This document shows positions 23,686 through 36,450 of a stretch of DNA of 64,000 nucleotides, one piece after another. Every line of letters begins with the position of its first letter. Positions within the stretch are counted from its first letter, which is position 1. Under the pieces are notes generated by a model. The model searched no databases. It was given only the letters and a program-made list of their open reading frames with translations, and was not told the origin of the DNA. The DNA is taken from the NCBI RefSeq assembly GCF_021028975.2, contig NC_059426.1:116932001-116996000 (forward strand), in the 5' to 3' direction. Source of the stretch: Sphaerodactylus townsendi. Lineage: Eukaryota. Both the position numbers and the translations under genes were made by a program.

Positions 23686-24499
23686 CGGTTCATTGGTTAC
23701 TCGCTGTGAAGGAGCCTTCTCCTGGAAGGTAAGGAGGACATCTTGATGGGTATTTTCCAACCCTGCCTCAGGGAAGCAGGAACTTGAAATTGTCACTTCC
23801 AGTGAAGGTTTGGACGCCCATCTTGTCTTCAGTAGACGACTGTCAAAGCAGTACTAGCACACACATGGTAACATTAACAGGAAGTAACATAATGGAACAA
23901 GTAACAAGAACTAAACAGTAACTCAGACCTCGAGTTCAGATCAACATAGGCTCAAGCGTGAAAAACTTTATCGGAGATCAACTGGACCCAGTGAAGGCCA
24001 AGATGTCCTACTTACCTTCCAGGAGAAGGCCCCTTCATGGTGAGTAACCAATGGACTGTTCTCCTGGAGGCAGAGGACATCTTGATGGGACCTCCCAGAA
24101 CAGTGTTCCAATAGGGAGGGTTATGGTCAATCTCCGACCAATGTGTTCCAGCCCTCTTTTGCCGAAGTAGGAAAAAATACAGAAGAGCCTAAACCAGGGG
24201 TAGGGAACCTGCGGCTCTCCAGATGTTCAGGAACTACAATTCCCATCAGCCCCTACCAGCATGGCCAATTGGCCATGCTGACAGAGGCTGATGGGAATGG
24301 TAGTTCCTGAACATCTGGAGAGCCGCAGGTTCCCTACCCCTGGCCTAAACGAAGCGCTGTTCTCCCTGCTGAGGCAGGAAAAATACTGAAGACAAGATGG
24401 GCGTCCAAGCCTTCACAGGAAGTGACAAGTTTCAAGTTCCTGCCTCCCTGAGAAAGGATTGGAAAACACCCATCAAGATGTCCTCTGCCTCCAGGAGAA
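23686..24499 (-). mobile_element. Non-autonomous miniature DIRS-type element (ITRs plus internal complementary region)
   Basis: ITRs 23717-23834 and 24384-24499; internal segment 24001-24089 is the reverse complement of both element ends joined; no coding remnant. Confidence 0.85.
24195..24342. mobile_element. Palindromic hAT MITE (148 bp), TSD GCCTAAAC, nested in the mini-DIRS
   Basis: Nearly identical to 7274-7421; exact 8-bp TSD. Confidence 0.92.
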
Positions 24500-25087
24500 G
24501 TGTATAGTCAGTGCTCAGGTATCCTGTGCTGCACAAAGAGATACAATTTTATTCCATCAAAACACAAACCATAAGAGGCAGCCTAATTGCAAACATCTTC
24601 AGTAGATCAATAATTTTTGGTATCAAGCTCTTGAACTATCCCATACTAACCTCAGTATGAACTCATGCCTATCCAACACACTGATCCCTATTTAATACTC
24701 ATTCACTTGTCTTCCTACTAGCCTTTTCTTCCATTTTCATTCTCTATTTTGAGTAGCTTTCTTCCACGCCAATTCAAACCTTAGCTTGAAATATTATTTT
24801 AAATGTTTCTGTCCTGCCTTTCCAACTGCCCAAGGTGAAATACAGTTTCCTATACAGTCGCAGCTGCCAAAGTAATATTAATTTGTCAGAGCACCAAATA
24901 ATTAGCGGGGTGGCCACCAGAACGATGTGTTTACAGTATAAAGAACAAGAAAAACAGGTTGATTTCATGAATAGGGGGAGTACAGGAAAGGGGTTTTGCC
25001 CCCTCCCACAATTTCTTCCACCTCTCAAAGTTCCTACTAATGGTCCTGAGAGCTCCTCCGGAACAATAAGCAATACAGCAGAGGAAA

Positions 25088-25227
25088 GGCCCCTTCCGCA
25101 CATGCAGAATAGTGCACTTTCAATCCACTTTGCAGCTGGATTTTACTGAGTGGAATAGAAAAATCCACTTTCACACAATTGTGAAAGTGGATTGAAAGTG
25201 CATTATTCTGCATGTGCGCAAGGAGCC
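25088..25227. mobile_element. Hairpin MITE, probably PIF/Harbinger-type
   Basis: ~44-bp TIR GGCCCCTTCCGCACATGCAGAATAGTGCACTTTCAATCCACTTT with its inverted copy; AAA on both flanks. Confidence 0.7.
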
Positions 25228-28200
25228 AAAGGACTGCAGCAAGGAGAAGGAATTAGAAGAAATTACAGTCCTTCATTCATATGAGTTTTTGCTGCTTGCG
25301 AAGCTTGACCTCTTCAGGCAAAAATCTATGGCAGTGATTTCTACCAATTTCCTATTCATGCTGAACCCTCCCACAGCCCATGCTGCACCACATTTTTATT
25401 TTGAAGACCGCCAGACTCACAGTAGCAACGCTTGGGAGGGAGAAGAAACAAGGAGTTGCAGAAGTAAGGTTGTGGTGGTAAAAAAATATCTTCTATGAAC
25501 TAATGTTTTGAAAAGGCTTGGATCCAAGGTACTGCAGTCATGTTATCTTTGCCTTCAGTACTGAGGCACTCAATGATTTTCAGCTCTATGTAGAAAATGG
25601 GTATACATTTTTAACCAGCATAAACTCTTTTATGCATTTTTCTCAAACAGTAATTTGCTTTGGTGGTTTATGCAAGCAGGGTCAGTATTTATACAAGTTG
25701 TTAGGAGCTGTGTAAGCTCCAGCAACATAAATTCTCTCCGCTGCAGGGTTGCCACTAAAACTTTACTTTCCATTTCTCTGGCTTGCCCTGCCCACTGTTC
25801 AAAAATAACTCAAAGTTTAAAAATTCATAAGGTTACATTAAAGTTAACAAAGGTTTTATTAAATGGTTTAAAACTACACAAGTACTGACAAGCAAAAATA
25901 TTTGTTAGGATAAGAGCTGCAATAAGAACTTCTTTAAATGTTGATTATTTGAACATATGTTTTGAAACTGCACTAATTACACAGATAGAACTTCCATGCA
26001 TGTAAACTCTACACAACAAATGACCACTTTTTGCTCATGTTTTGAAACTGCACTATAAATACATATATAAAATAAATTCCAATGAATGGCTTAACTGAAG
26101 CCACAACATGAAACTGATGTGTGAAACTGCAATTAAAAATCAAATTAGAGATCAGAGAACAAGTATCACTACAATACAGTTCAGCTGTCACTACAATTTT
26201 TTCTTTCAAAAACTCAGTTTCTGATCCATTGTTTCTCCTTTCATTTTGGTTTCTTTTTTCCCCAGTCTTTTCATTTTAGTACTTTCAAGATGTTTCATTT
26301 CTTCTTCAAGTTTCTTCTTGTTGCTTATGGCATTTAAACTCCAAGTACTCTGTGTCTTGTGCATGAGCATGCCTGACCTACTGTATAACACTCCTATCAA
26401 TTACAGCAGATACAAGTCCTCCAGAAGTCATGACAGCATCATAAACCCAGGACCGACAAACAACAGTTTCTTTATGCAAATGTTCTATTAACATTGACTC
26501 ATTAGTTGAAAATTCGCTTTCAGCTGAAACATTAATGTGGGACATAGCAAGATACATCTTGACAACATTCCACAAGTCTGAGAAATTTTTGCTGGCCATC
26601 AAAATACCACTGTAAGATGTATCCAATCCAATTTTATCATCTTATTTTACTAGAGATTTAAAGGGCCGGGGGGAGAGGGGAATGGAAACACTCAGAAAAA
26701 AGGAACCTAACCCAATTTTTTCTGAGGCCCCTTTTAACATTTTTCTTACAGAAAAAAACTGGAAATTTAGAGGAGTGCTGAGAAAAGATCCCCTGAAATA
26801 TTTTCTCCTTTAGAATAAGTGAAATACTTTTAAAGTGATGGGCATACTGTAGCTCTTTTACACAGCATTTATATACAAGATGCATTTCTGCTGCACCTCT
26901 ACATGAGGGCAGCATGCAGGGCTTTCATCGCTCTTGTGGTCCATCTTTTCACCTCTTCCTCAAACCATCATGACACATTTACCCACTGAATGGCTGTCAA
27001 GTAGCTCATTGCCCTTCCTTATTGGAGGGGGGAAATCAGAAGGAGCTAGGGCAGGAATCTGATCCAAAACCTAAGAGGAAAACTGAAAGTTTCACTGAGA
27101 ACAGAGTTCTGTCTAACCAGCAGCTACAGAAGGAAGACGAATCATCTAACTGGAACTAAATCAAGCTGTGCAGATATTATTGACTCTTTGTATGACCCTT
27201 CCTTCTGCGAAATAATACATGTGATGGACAGGCTAGGTCCCACCTCCACCTTAGAGCAACCAATAAGAGCTGATGGAACGTTGGGGAGTCATTTGGAAAA
27301 CAGCAGATCAGTTGGCAGCTGGGGAGTTGAGAGGGAAAAAGGAAGGTGTCTGAGTGAAACTGTGGAGAGGAGCTGAATATAGTAGGCTGAAAACAATCAA
27401 TTTGTAATCAAGGGATCCAGAAAAGGACCACCGTTCCAAAGCTAAATAGAAGCAAAACGCGACTTCTACCTCACTTTCTTCAGTGTTTGTGTTTGTCTGT
27501 CTGGGGGTTAAGTGCTATCAAGTCACTTCTGATTCATGCCAATCTTATGAACCACCGCCCTCAAAGAAGTCCTACCATTTAGCAGCCTTGCTCAGGTCTC
27601 ACAAGATGAGGCCCATGGCTTCCTTTATAGAGTCCATCGATTTCCCACTTCCTTCAGCTTTTCCATACATTATTGTCTCTTCCTGTGACTCTTGTCTTCT
27701 CATAATGCACGATAGCCTCAGTTTAGTCATTTCAGTTTTGAGGGAGAATCCAGGCTTGATTTGATATAGAACCCATTTATTTGTCTTTTTGGCAGTCTCC
27801 CGTATCCATGTTTTCTTTTAAGTCCTGTTTATTCTACTTTTCAGATAGCAAAACCTCAGGAATATGTCCTTAGTCCTATACTCTAACCACTATACAAGGC
27901 TAGCTCACCTACTAACTACTGTATTACTATTCCAGACGTTTCAGTGCTGCCACAGACAGGGTAGTCAAGTCAATAAATGAATAAACAAACTAAAGAGGGA
28001 GTTGGGTCGAAACACAGAGGGAAACAGCTCTGGTTGCAATACAAAAAATGTAAGTGGAAGCCAAGTTACTCTGATACACAGAAAAAAAAACTACTACAGA
28101 AAACAAAGAAGGGAAGTCAACAGAGCCTGATTCACCCTCTGTGGATGAAGCAGATAATTCAACAGCTTTAACAAGAAATAGTTCAAAGAAACTATTCCAT

Positions 28201-28253
28201 TACCATGACCTTAATGTCCACTTATGACGTAAAATAGAATATTTCATAAAAGA

Positions 28254-28480
28254 TGTTGTGGGTTTTCTGGGTTGTGTGGCCGTGTTCCAGTAGTATTTTC
28301 TCTTGATGTTTCACCTGCATCTGTGGCTGGCATCTTCTACCAGATCCTCTGAAGATGCCAGCTACAGATGCAGGTGAAACATCAGGAGAAAATACTACTG
28401 GAACACGGCCATACAACCTGGAAAACCCACAACATCCTAGTGATTCCAGCTGTGAAATACATATGTCATGTCGACAATAC
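28254..28480. mobile_element. Penelope-like fragment arranged as an inverted pair
   Basis: ~28254-28336 is the reverse complement of ~28352-28434. Confidence 0.65.
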
Positions 28481-30353
28481 ATATGTCATGTAAAATAGAA
28501 CATGTGAAGTTGCACAAAGTTATCTGCAGCAAAGTACAGGAAATATGCTCCATTTAAGAAAATTTCCAATATATAAAACTGGACAGATCCAAATGTTATG
28601 AATGATAAATGTAAGGAAAGAAAAAACTACATTTCTCTAAACTTCAAGTTTTGATTAAGCTGCTTACATAATTTTGTACTATTTCTCAGTCAAAGTTCTC
28701 ACCAGATACTTGCAGAAAGTTTAACAATTGCAAGTATGAAATCCTGAGTTCATGTAATCTTTGACAGTTAATCCAATTAATGGCACAAGACAAAACCTGA
28801 GAAAAACTGCGAACAGTAGCCTTGTCAGCCTATACAAGCAAGAAGACAACTTTAGCACTGATACCGAGTTTTATTTATTTATTTATTATTATATTTGTAA
28901 ACCGCCCCATCCCCTAAGGGCTCTTAGTTAATAAAACAACTTGATTCAAAAATACACCTACAACTACTGAGTAAAAGTACAGCAACAGTAAAATGAAGTT
29001 TCAAAGGAGTAATGTGTATGTGAAGGGGTCACCTCCTGGGCCTGCCTGCACAGACACTGCTACAGCAAGCACTGTGCTGTTCCCCCGGAGGAAGAAATAC
29101 AGTGACATTATGGAATGAGGATATCTATGCTGTATAGCTCAGATTCAAAAAAGCCAACAAATAGCAAGGCAGGAAGATGGATATGAAGAGACATATAAAG
29201 ACAGAGAGAAAAGTTGGCAGAAACATCTCTGGAAAACATGTTTTGAGGAAATGCTCCAAACATGAGCTCCAGGAGAAGATGGCCTGCACAAGAGAAAGAG
29301 AGCCTGCCTATTCTTGCTTTTTAAGTTATCTGATCACCTCATCAAACAATAGTACAGACCATAATTTAAACAAGTACCTTCCAGAGAGAAGGTGGGGTTG
29401 GAATGACATGTGCCTGAAGAGAAGTTATCAGTTAACTCAGCTACTGCTTGAGAAAGTAATGCAGACATCTGCAGGATAGAGCAGTCTAAGAAAAATCCAG
29501 CAATATTTATAATCCTGCAATACTTATAATCCTATCATGCCTCAAAGTAGTCTGTGTGAAATGTATGCATATGGAAGACACCAGATTCCAAACACTTTAA
29601 TGTCTGCAGGGATGTTAAGCACTGTCAAGTGTCACATTTTATACAGAACAAAGATCCCTTCATGAACCTACTAATCATCCTTCTGACAGACACAGATTAG
29701 ATTACTCCTATCTTTGCACATACAGCTATGCACAACAGCAGGCAAGAAGTGATCAAGTCTTTCTAAACTATAGAATGATTCAATCGAGGCTAAAAAGGGA
29801 AAGAGTATTTCCAGCTAACTTGGGTGTGTATTTTCCAGTGCACAGTTGTGAAAGACAAAATACCGCAGAAAGAGAAAATTAGCGATTCTCAAAATTATAA
29901 AAGTGATCCTACTTCTACATATACCATACAAGCAGGGGGACACCTCATTTTCCCTCCCTCGCTATTTTTCCTTTTCCTCTCTTAAAAGCCCACACAGCTT
30001 CTTCCCTTTTCCAGCCTCCTCTTCTTGCTATTCAACAGACAAACTATATTTATCTGATCCCCCATTTTCACCTTTTCCTACTAGGACCCCTGCAAAACTC
30101 TGGCTAAGTTGTACAGTGCTGGGTCAGGCACAATGGTGCAGTTTTGGATGAGCTAGGTCCAGTTGTGTGGCACAGTTGAATGCTGGGGAACCAGCAAGAA
30201 CTTTCAGGGGAGATATTAGTTTACCCTGTATCACTCTCTTCATACTATTTTCTTTTTCCTGCTTCCTGGTAGCCCGCAGATACATAGCTTTCCCTGTTTT
30301 CTTCTCTCCCTCCCATCAACCAACCTACTCTTTATCTGCTCTCCATTTTCAGC

Positions 30354-30562
30354 TGTATTTATTTACTTCTTTTATACCCTAACTTTTTCCACAATGGTGA
30401 CCCAAAGCAGCTTACATCATCTTCTTCATTTTATCCTCACAACAATCCTGTTACCTAGGTTAGGCTGAGGTGGTGTGACCGGCCCAAACTCACATTGAGC
30501 TGCTAAAGTAGAGTGGGAGTTTGAATCTTCCAGAGCCTAATCTGAAACTCTCACCACTATAC
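30354..30562 (-). mobile_element. Older tRNA-derived SINE (related copies at ~34600-34775 and ~37090-37285)
   Basis: Shared TTTTATCCTCACAACAA..CCTG..AGGT.GGCTGAG core and ACCACTA end. Confidence 0.6.
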
Positions 30563-31899
30563 TGGGTTTTGTGAGATGGCTGCTGTGGAACTATAGAAAG
30601 CAGCTGGTCCTAGGTGAGCATGTAAGATATGTAATAGCAAGCTGCTTGGTGGTTGTTGCAAGACCTAGTCCCAACAAGTCCTCGCCTTAAAGGCCAAATA
30701 GCCCTGGGAAAGGTCCCTGCCTCTTACCAACAGGGGAAAAAAAGACTGAAGCCAGATAGCACAGTTGTGGGTGTCCTGGCCACTGGGAGAATTTATTTCA
30801 TAAAGCTAGAATTTGCGTGTATTAACCCCTGCCCATGCATTTTTAATTCTTACTTGTTAGATTTCAGGTTTTAAACTGTAGTCAGGTGTTTTTATAATCG
30901 TTGTTTTATTTATATTGTTTTCAGTTCCACAAGGTAAAAGGGTGGCTAATAAATATATATATATATATATTTGCAGCTTGGGGCTTTTTTCAGGTTTGTA
31001 GAAAGATCTGCTTTGTCTATCCATGGTCCCAAACACTGGATAGTGGCCACAGACGGGACCATGTTGAGAATTAGATATATTGATAGCACTTAATTTTTTT
31101 TATATAAATTACATGGCACTATACAGCAAATCCAAATATACCACCAAACTTTCTAAAGCCTCCTCTTCTAGTTTACTGGGTTTTTTTCTTCTTCACTTCT
31201 TACTTTGCAACCCATCAGCAAGAGAATTAAAACCCACGTTTTGGCCCTGATTCACAGTCTGAGAAACCATGTTCTACATTCTTAAAAAGCAATCGCTTGT
31301 CTACTGAAATGAAAGGTAGCATTCTTTGATAATCCTCTCAGGCAGAATAATGTCATATTCCTCCCCTGAAACTAACATCAATCTTTGCAGCAGTATCTGA
31401 ATGGAAAATACAAACAGCAAAAATGAAGAGGTCCCTCAGACCTCTGGAAATGCAGAGTTATTTAGCTGTTTCCTAGTTGTGAAAAGATGAATCCGGGCCA
31501 GTGGGTGGGAACTTATGAACCAACTATATACACTCTCGTTTCAATATGGCTCCTTACATGAAGAGTAAGAGAGAAACTTGTACAGGACATTCACCCACAA
31601 TTGACACTGATGTTTTGACTGACCATAATGAGCTTTAGACCAAATCTGTTTTCCAGCCCTGGCCTAAAGTGACACTCAAATGCAGGATTTCAGAATGTGG
31701 CATAATGACTAAGAGAAGCAATGAGACAAGAGCTCTTCTATAGATAGCTATGAAAAGCCCCTGAACTGGCATGCCTATTTCTGTTATGTTCCTCCTACTA
31801 AATACTATGTCAATGATACAGTCTTTTGGATGCTACATTTGGATGCCTTCCTATCACTGAAAATCCAGGTAACAAATATGGCCAGGATGGTACTTTTTC

Positions 31900-32520
31900 A
31901 TCTTTACTGAGCCTAGCAGTTGATCTGTCCTACTTGGACCAAGCCACAGTAACCATGCAGCAATCCCCTCCAGAATGGATTACTGAAACTTGCTCTACAC
32001 AGGGCTGTCCTTAAGGTTATCTCGGAAATTACAACTGGTCCACGAGCCCTTCGGGGGTGAGGCGGCTTATAAATCTCCTAAATAAATAAATGAATGAATG
32101 AATGAATGAATGAATGAATGAATGAATGAATGAATGAATGAATGAATGAATGAATGAATGAATGAATGCAGCTGTTTGGGTCCTTACTGGGACCCTACGA
32201 AAAGCACACATTTGAGCAGCTGCAATGACTCCAGATTGAGTCTTGAATCAAGTTTAAGGTGTTGGTACTTACCTTTAAAGCCCTAAACAAACTGGGACCT
32301 TTGTACCTAAGTGAAAATGTTTCTCAATATACCCCCAAAGAACATTGTGCTCAGCTGGAAATAATCTTCTATTGATCCTTGGCTTAAGAGAAATCCAGTT
32401 GTCCTCGGCCAAGGCCTATCAGTGTTGGTGGAACTCTGTCTAGCGAGACCTGAACTCTGTGGAATTTGGTTCAGTTTCACAGGGATTGTAAGATGGAGAT
32501 GTTCCACCAGACCTGTGGCT
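31900..32520 (+). mobile_element. Decayed L2-type LINE 3' region (similar remnants at ~20090-20520 and ~52870-53300)
   Basis: AAATTACAACTGGTCCA...GCAGC...TTTAAGGTGTTGGTACTTACCTTTAAAGCCCTA pattern typical of L2 ORF2 ends. Confidence 0.55.
32089..32168 (+). repeat. (AATG)20 microsatellite
   Basis: Perfect tetranucleotide array continuing an (AAAT) retroposon tail. Confidence 0.95.
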
Positions 32521-33550
32521 GAAGGCAGCAATGGCATACACAACCACTGGCCTCCCTCTCACTTCCTACAGCCCCTGCTGATCTTGTTGTATCTTCCCTT
32601 AAACTCCCCTTACCAACTTCCATTTGGTCTCCACTTTATTATTTTATTCCCACAAGTATCATCGCTTATCAAGGTTTGTTATTACCCTTTATGGTAACAT
32701 TGTATAATATTGGTTTCTAATCAACTTTTGAGAGAAAACTTAAGAGCACCATCTGTTTCAGTCAAGTTTTTCTAAGGTTTTAATAACAGAAATGAAGATT
32801 TTATGCTTTTATAAATTTACTGTGTGAATGATTTTATATCACTGTATCGAAACTTTTAAAGCCATCCTGAGCCTGGCTCTAATTAGGAAAGGGCAGGGTA
32901 TAAATCTAATAAAATAATAAATCAAAATAAAATAAAATATTGACTGTCTTGTTTCTTCTTCTAAGGTTGCAAGTCTAAACACATACTGTAAATACAGATA
33001 ATTTCAACTGAACAGGATAACAAAGACTCAGGAGTGCCTGTTATTGCTATCAAAGTACTCTGATACATGTCAAATAATTCTTACTTGGCAGTCATCTAGT
33101 AAGTTGTAAGCATATACTCAAGCCACATGCATTCTCAGCACTAAGCAAAAAGCTTCAACTAACTTTATTATAACTCACACAGAGACAAACATAGAAACTG
33201 TTGTACTTTTCTATACTTGATCATACCTTATCATGCTACTTAGGCCTATTCTGAACTAGATCCTTGTTTACTTCTGGGGCAAGAAACTAATACAGAAGTT
33301 CCAGAATAGTTCCTAGTTGCAGAAGTTTAGTTGTTCTGTATCAAACACATTTTGTGCAGCATACACATTTTGCCAATTAAACCTAACCAACATATATTTT
33401 GCCTTTTTATAATGACAAATTGGAAAATATAATGAAAATATTTATACTCTGAATTTAAGCTGTTACACATCATAAATGAGAATCTATTGATGCTAATTCA
33501 AAGCCAATTCAGAACCAGATAACAGAGGAATGGGTGGGTGTCTTTGCTTA

Positions 33551-33847
33551 GAGCAGCAGTGGCATAGTGGTTAAGAGCAGGTGTACTCTAATCAGGAGGA
33601 ACCGGGTTTGATTCCCTGCCCTGCAGCCTGAGCTGTGGAGGCTTATCTGGGGAATTCAGATTAGCCTGTACACTCCAACACACGCCAGCTGGGTAACCTT
33701 GGGCTAGTCACAGTTCTTCTGAGCTCTCTCAGCCCCACCTACCTCACAGGGTGTTTGTTGTGAGGGGGGAAGGGAAAGGAGTCTGTAAGCCCCTTTGAAT
33801 CTCCTATAGGAGAGAAAGGGGGGGATATAAATTCAACTCTTCTTCTT
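33551..33847 (+). mobile_element. tRNA-derived SINE (Squam3-like), full length
   Basis: Pol III A box TGGCATAGTGG, B box GGTTTGATTCC, body GCTAGTCACAGTTCT...CTCTCAGCCCCACCTACCTCACA, (CTT)n tail. Confidence 0.8.
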
Positions 33848-35240
33848 ATTCAGATTCCCATGGAATAAGTTCCTCCATCACTAAGCCCAACTCATATAAA
33901 GGCAACTCATATGAATGTCTATGTGATTAGAAATGGAAGCGTCTGATGAGGGGTGGAAACATATCTAACTGAAACAACTGAAATAATGCTAGGCAAATCT
34001 GAATGTATTATGACATGGATTGTAAAGAAACTCAGACCCCCTAATTAACACACCCATATACTCCCTTCAAAGGATTATAAAAACTGTAACAGAGCCAATT
34101 GGGAGCAGAGCATGGGACAGTCAATTCCAGTAAAGCAAGAGCAGCAGTCTTATTATTCCATAAATGCCTCAATATAATTGTACAGGAATCTAGAATTGCA
34201 CATGACATAACATACAGTATAATGGACGTCTTAATAGACTTAGAGCAGTATCATCTGGTAACTGTACGAAACAAAAAATAACTCTGGATTCTTCCACTCT
34301 CTAAATGCACTGATTTTATTATTTGGTGCAACCAAAATAATTCATGGTGGTAACCTTAAGGAAATTATGGATCCCCTAACCGGCCACAGCTCTGTTCACA
34401 TAGACATCTTTATAGGGTCAGAGAAGCAGTGTTTTCTTCCATAAGGATTTGGGTGTACATAATTTCTGGAGACTGATGAATCAATTTTTAAAAAACATTT
34501 CTCTTCTAAACCTGGCAAAATTGTTTTTGATCATCTTATTTCTTTGTAAGTACACCTATAATAATTTAATCTTCACTGTGTCTTTCTCCTCAATGTGGAT
34601 CCACAGGTGCTTAATGTCACTCTTCTCTCCTCCATTTTATCTTCACAACAACCCTGTGAGATAAGTTAGGCTGAAATTGTGTGACTGGTTACTAAATAAC
34701 CTTCCTCAGCAGAGTGAAGGTTTAAACTTGAACTTCCAAAATCTTAGTCGGACACTAATCATTACAATATACTGGCAACATATTAACCATTACAACATCA
34801 TATCAACAAAAGAAGATCATCTGTTGTGTTAGAAAAACTACACATATTTGATCTTAAAACTTCCAAGACTGTCCGAATGTATTACGGGTTCACAAAAAAC
34901 ATTTCTGATTCTAAAATCAACATTTTATCATCAGTTTTTAGTTATTTTATTTTCCTCCTGTACATAGCCAGATCAGTGCCAGTGTGATACAGTACTGGAA
35001 ATTTGGGTTTGGATACAGCGCACCTAAATTCAACTATCTGTTTAGCTAAGAGACCAATGGGGGTAACCCAGGAATAATAATTCAAAGGGTTCTAAGAGGA
35101 CAGCATTAACACTGATATATATACTGCTTCAGCAATGTGATTTAAAACTGCAATATAAAATTACACAAAATCACAGAACACTGCAATCTGCTCCAAACCT
35201 GTCCATTCCAGGAGCCAACCAGGTGTAGTGGTTAAAAAGT

Positions 35241-35538
35241 CTGGAGAAGAGAAGCTTAACAGGTTACATGATTGTCATGTTGCAATATTTGAAGGGATGT
35301 CATGTTGAAGATGAAGAAAGCTTGGTTTCTGCTGTTCCAGAGTCTAGGACACAGAATAATGGATTCAAACTACAAAAAAAGAGATTTCACCTAAACACTA
35401 GGAAGAGCTTTCTGACACCTTCTTTGGAGGTTTGTAAACAGAGGCTGGATGGCCATCTGTCAGGAGTGCTTTGATTGGGTATTCCTGCATGGCAGGAGGT
35501 TGGACTGGATGGCCATTGTGTCTCTTCCAACTCTAAGG
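35241..35538 (+). mobile_element. CR1 LINE 3'-end fragment nested in a SINE (35211-35735)
   Basis: LEKRSL..MIVMLQYLKGCH...RTQNNGFKLQKKRF; CR1-type 3' UTR GGTTGGACTGGATGGCC...CTTCCAACTCTA. Confidence 0.8.
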
Positions 35539-35889
35539 CTGCAAGTCAGAATAGGATCTGGGAATCCCAAGTTCAAATGTCATGCCACCAAGGAAGCCTG
35601 GTGGGTGACCTTAGGTGGTTCACACACTACATTCTCAGCCAAATCTACATCATAGGGCTGTTGTGAGGATAAAATGAAGGAGAACCATGTCAGCCACTGT
35701 GGGTTCCCAGTGAAGAGAAAGCTGGAGTATAGATGAATCATATAATTAACCAAATAGTAAATATCATTTCAAGTGACATCTCTTATGCTAATAAGAGAAA
35801 GTCTACATTGGCTAAATACTTAGTACATTTTCAAGCATTCATTATCTCCTCACTCTTTATTCTTCCCCTTTCTAGCCCTCCTATTCTAT

Positions 35890-36450
35890 CTCTTCCATTT
35901 CTCCCCCGTCCACACCACTACCATATCATATATATAGTGCTACAATTCTCCCCCTGCCCTTGTTTCGAAAAATATGATATTCTTGAGAGGGGGAAAAACA
36001 TTACATGGATCAACCAGCATCTTCAATACTTCTGTGCTCAAAGGAGAGCCATAATGCTCACCAGGTTTAATGTTATGCCTTCTGCCTTGTTACATGGCAG
36101 ATTTAATAAGCAAGAAAAGGCTAATAGATTGTGCCCGTGTAATGATGGCTCAGTTGAATCTCTGGCCCACCAATTACTACACTGTTTCAGATTCAAGGAA
36201 ATCAGATCCAAGTATGTGAATCTTACTCCTTTACATTTACCCGATCTCCCCGATTTAATTAGATTACACTACTTGTTGGACAATCCTGATCCTTCTCTCT
36301 GTATGATAGTGGCAGACTTTCTCCTGGAAATTACTAAACACCAGTAGATTTCCTTCGACCTAACATTTACTGTATTGTATTTGCTTTTTAATCCTTTTTT
36401 TATTATTGTTGTACTGTTGTCTATGCCAATAAAGGCTTGCTAAAAAAAAT
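35890..36450 (+). mobile_element. 3' end of a non-LTR retrotransposon with a C-terminal CCHC knuckle (RTE-X-like)
   Basis: ORF 35733..36347 has RRAIMLTRF...GRF...RLCPC...ESLAHQLLHC...R; ends in AATAAA plus an A-run. Confidence 0.65.

Noticed and set aside
32029-32211. ORF with (FIHS)n repeat
   Set aside because: Translation of the (AATG)n microsatellite.
33551-33620. tRNA-like A/B-box sequences here and at ~43735 and ~60711
   Set aside because: SINE heads that continue into SINE bodies; no complete cloverleaf.
35733-36347. 204-aa ORF as a possible new zinc-finger gene
   Set aside because: The C-terminal half is a retrotransposon ORF2 tail with poly(A); the N-terminal half is incidental open frame.
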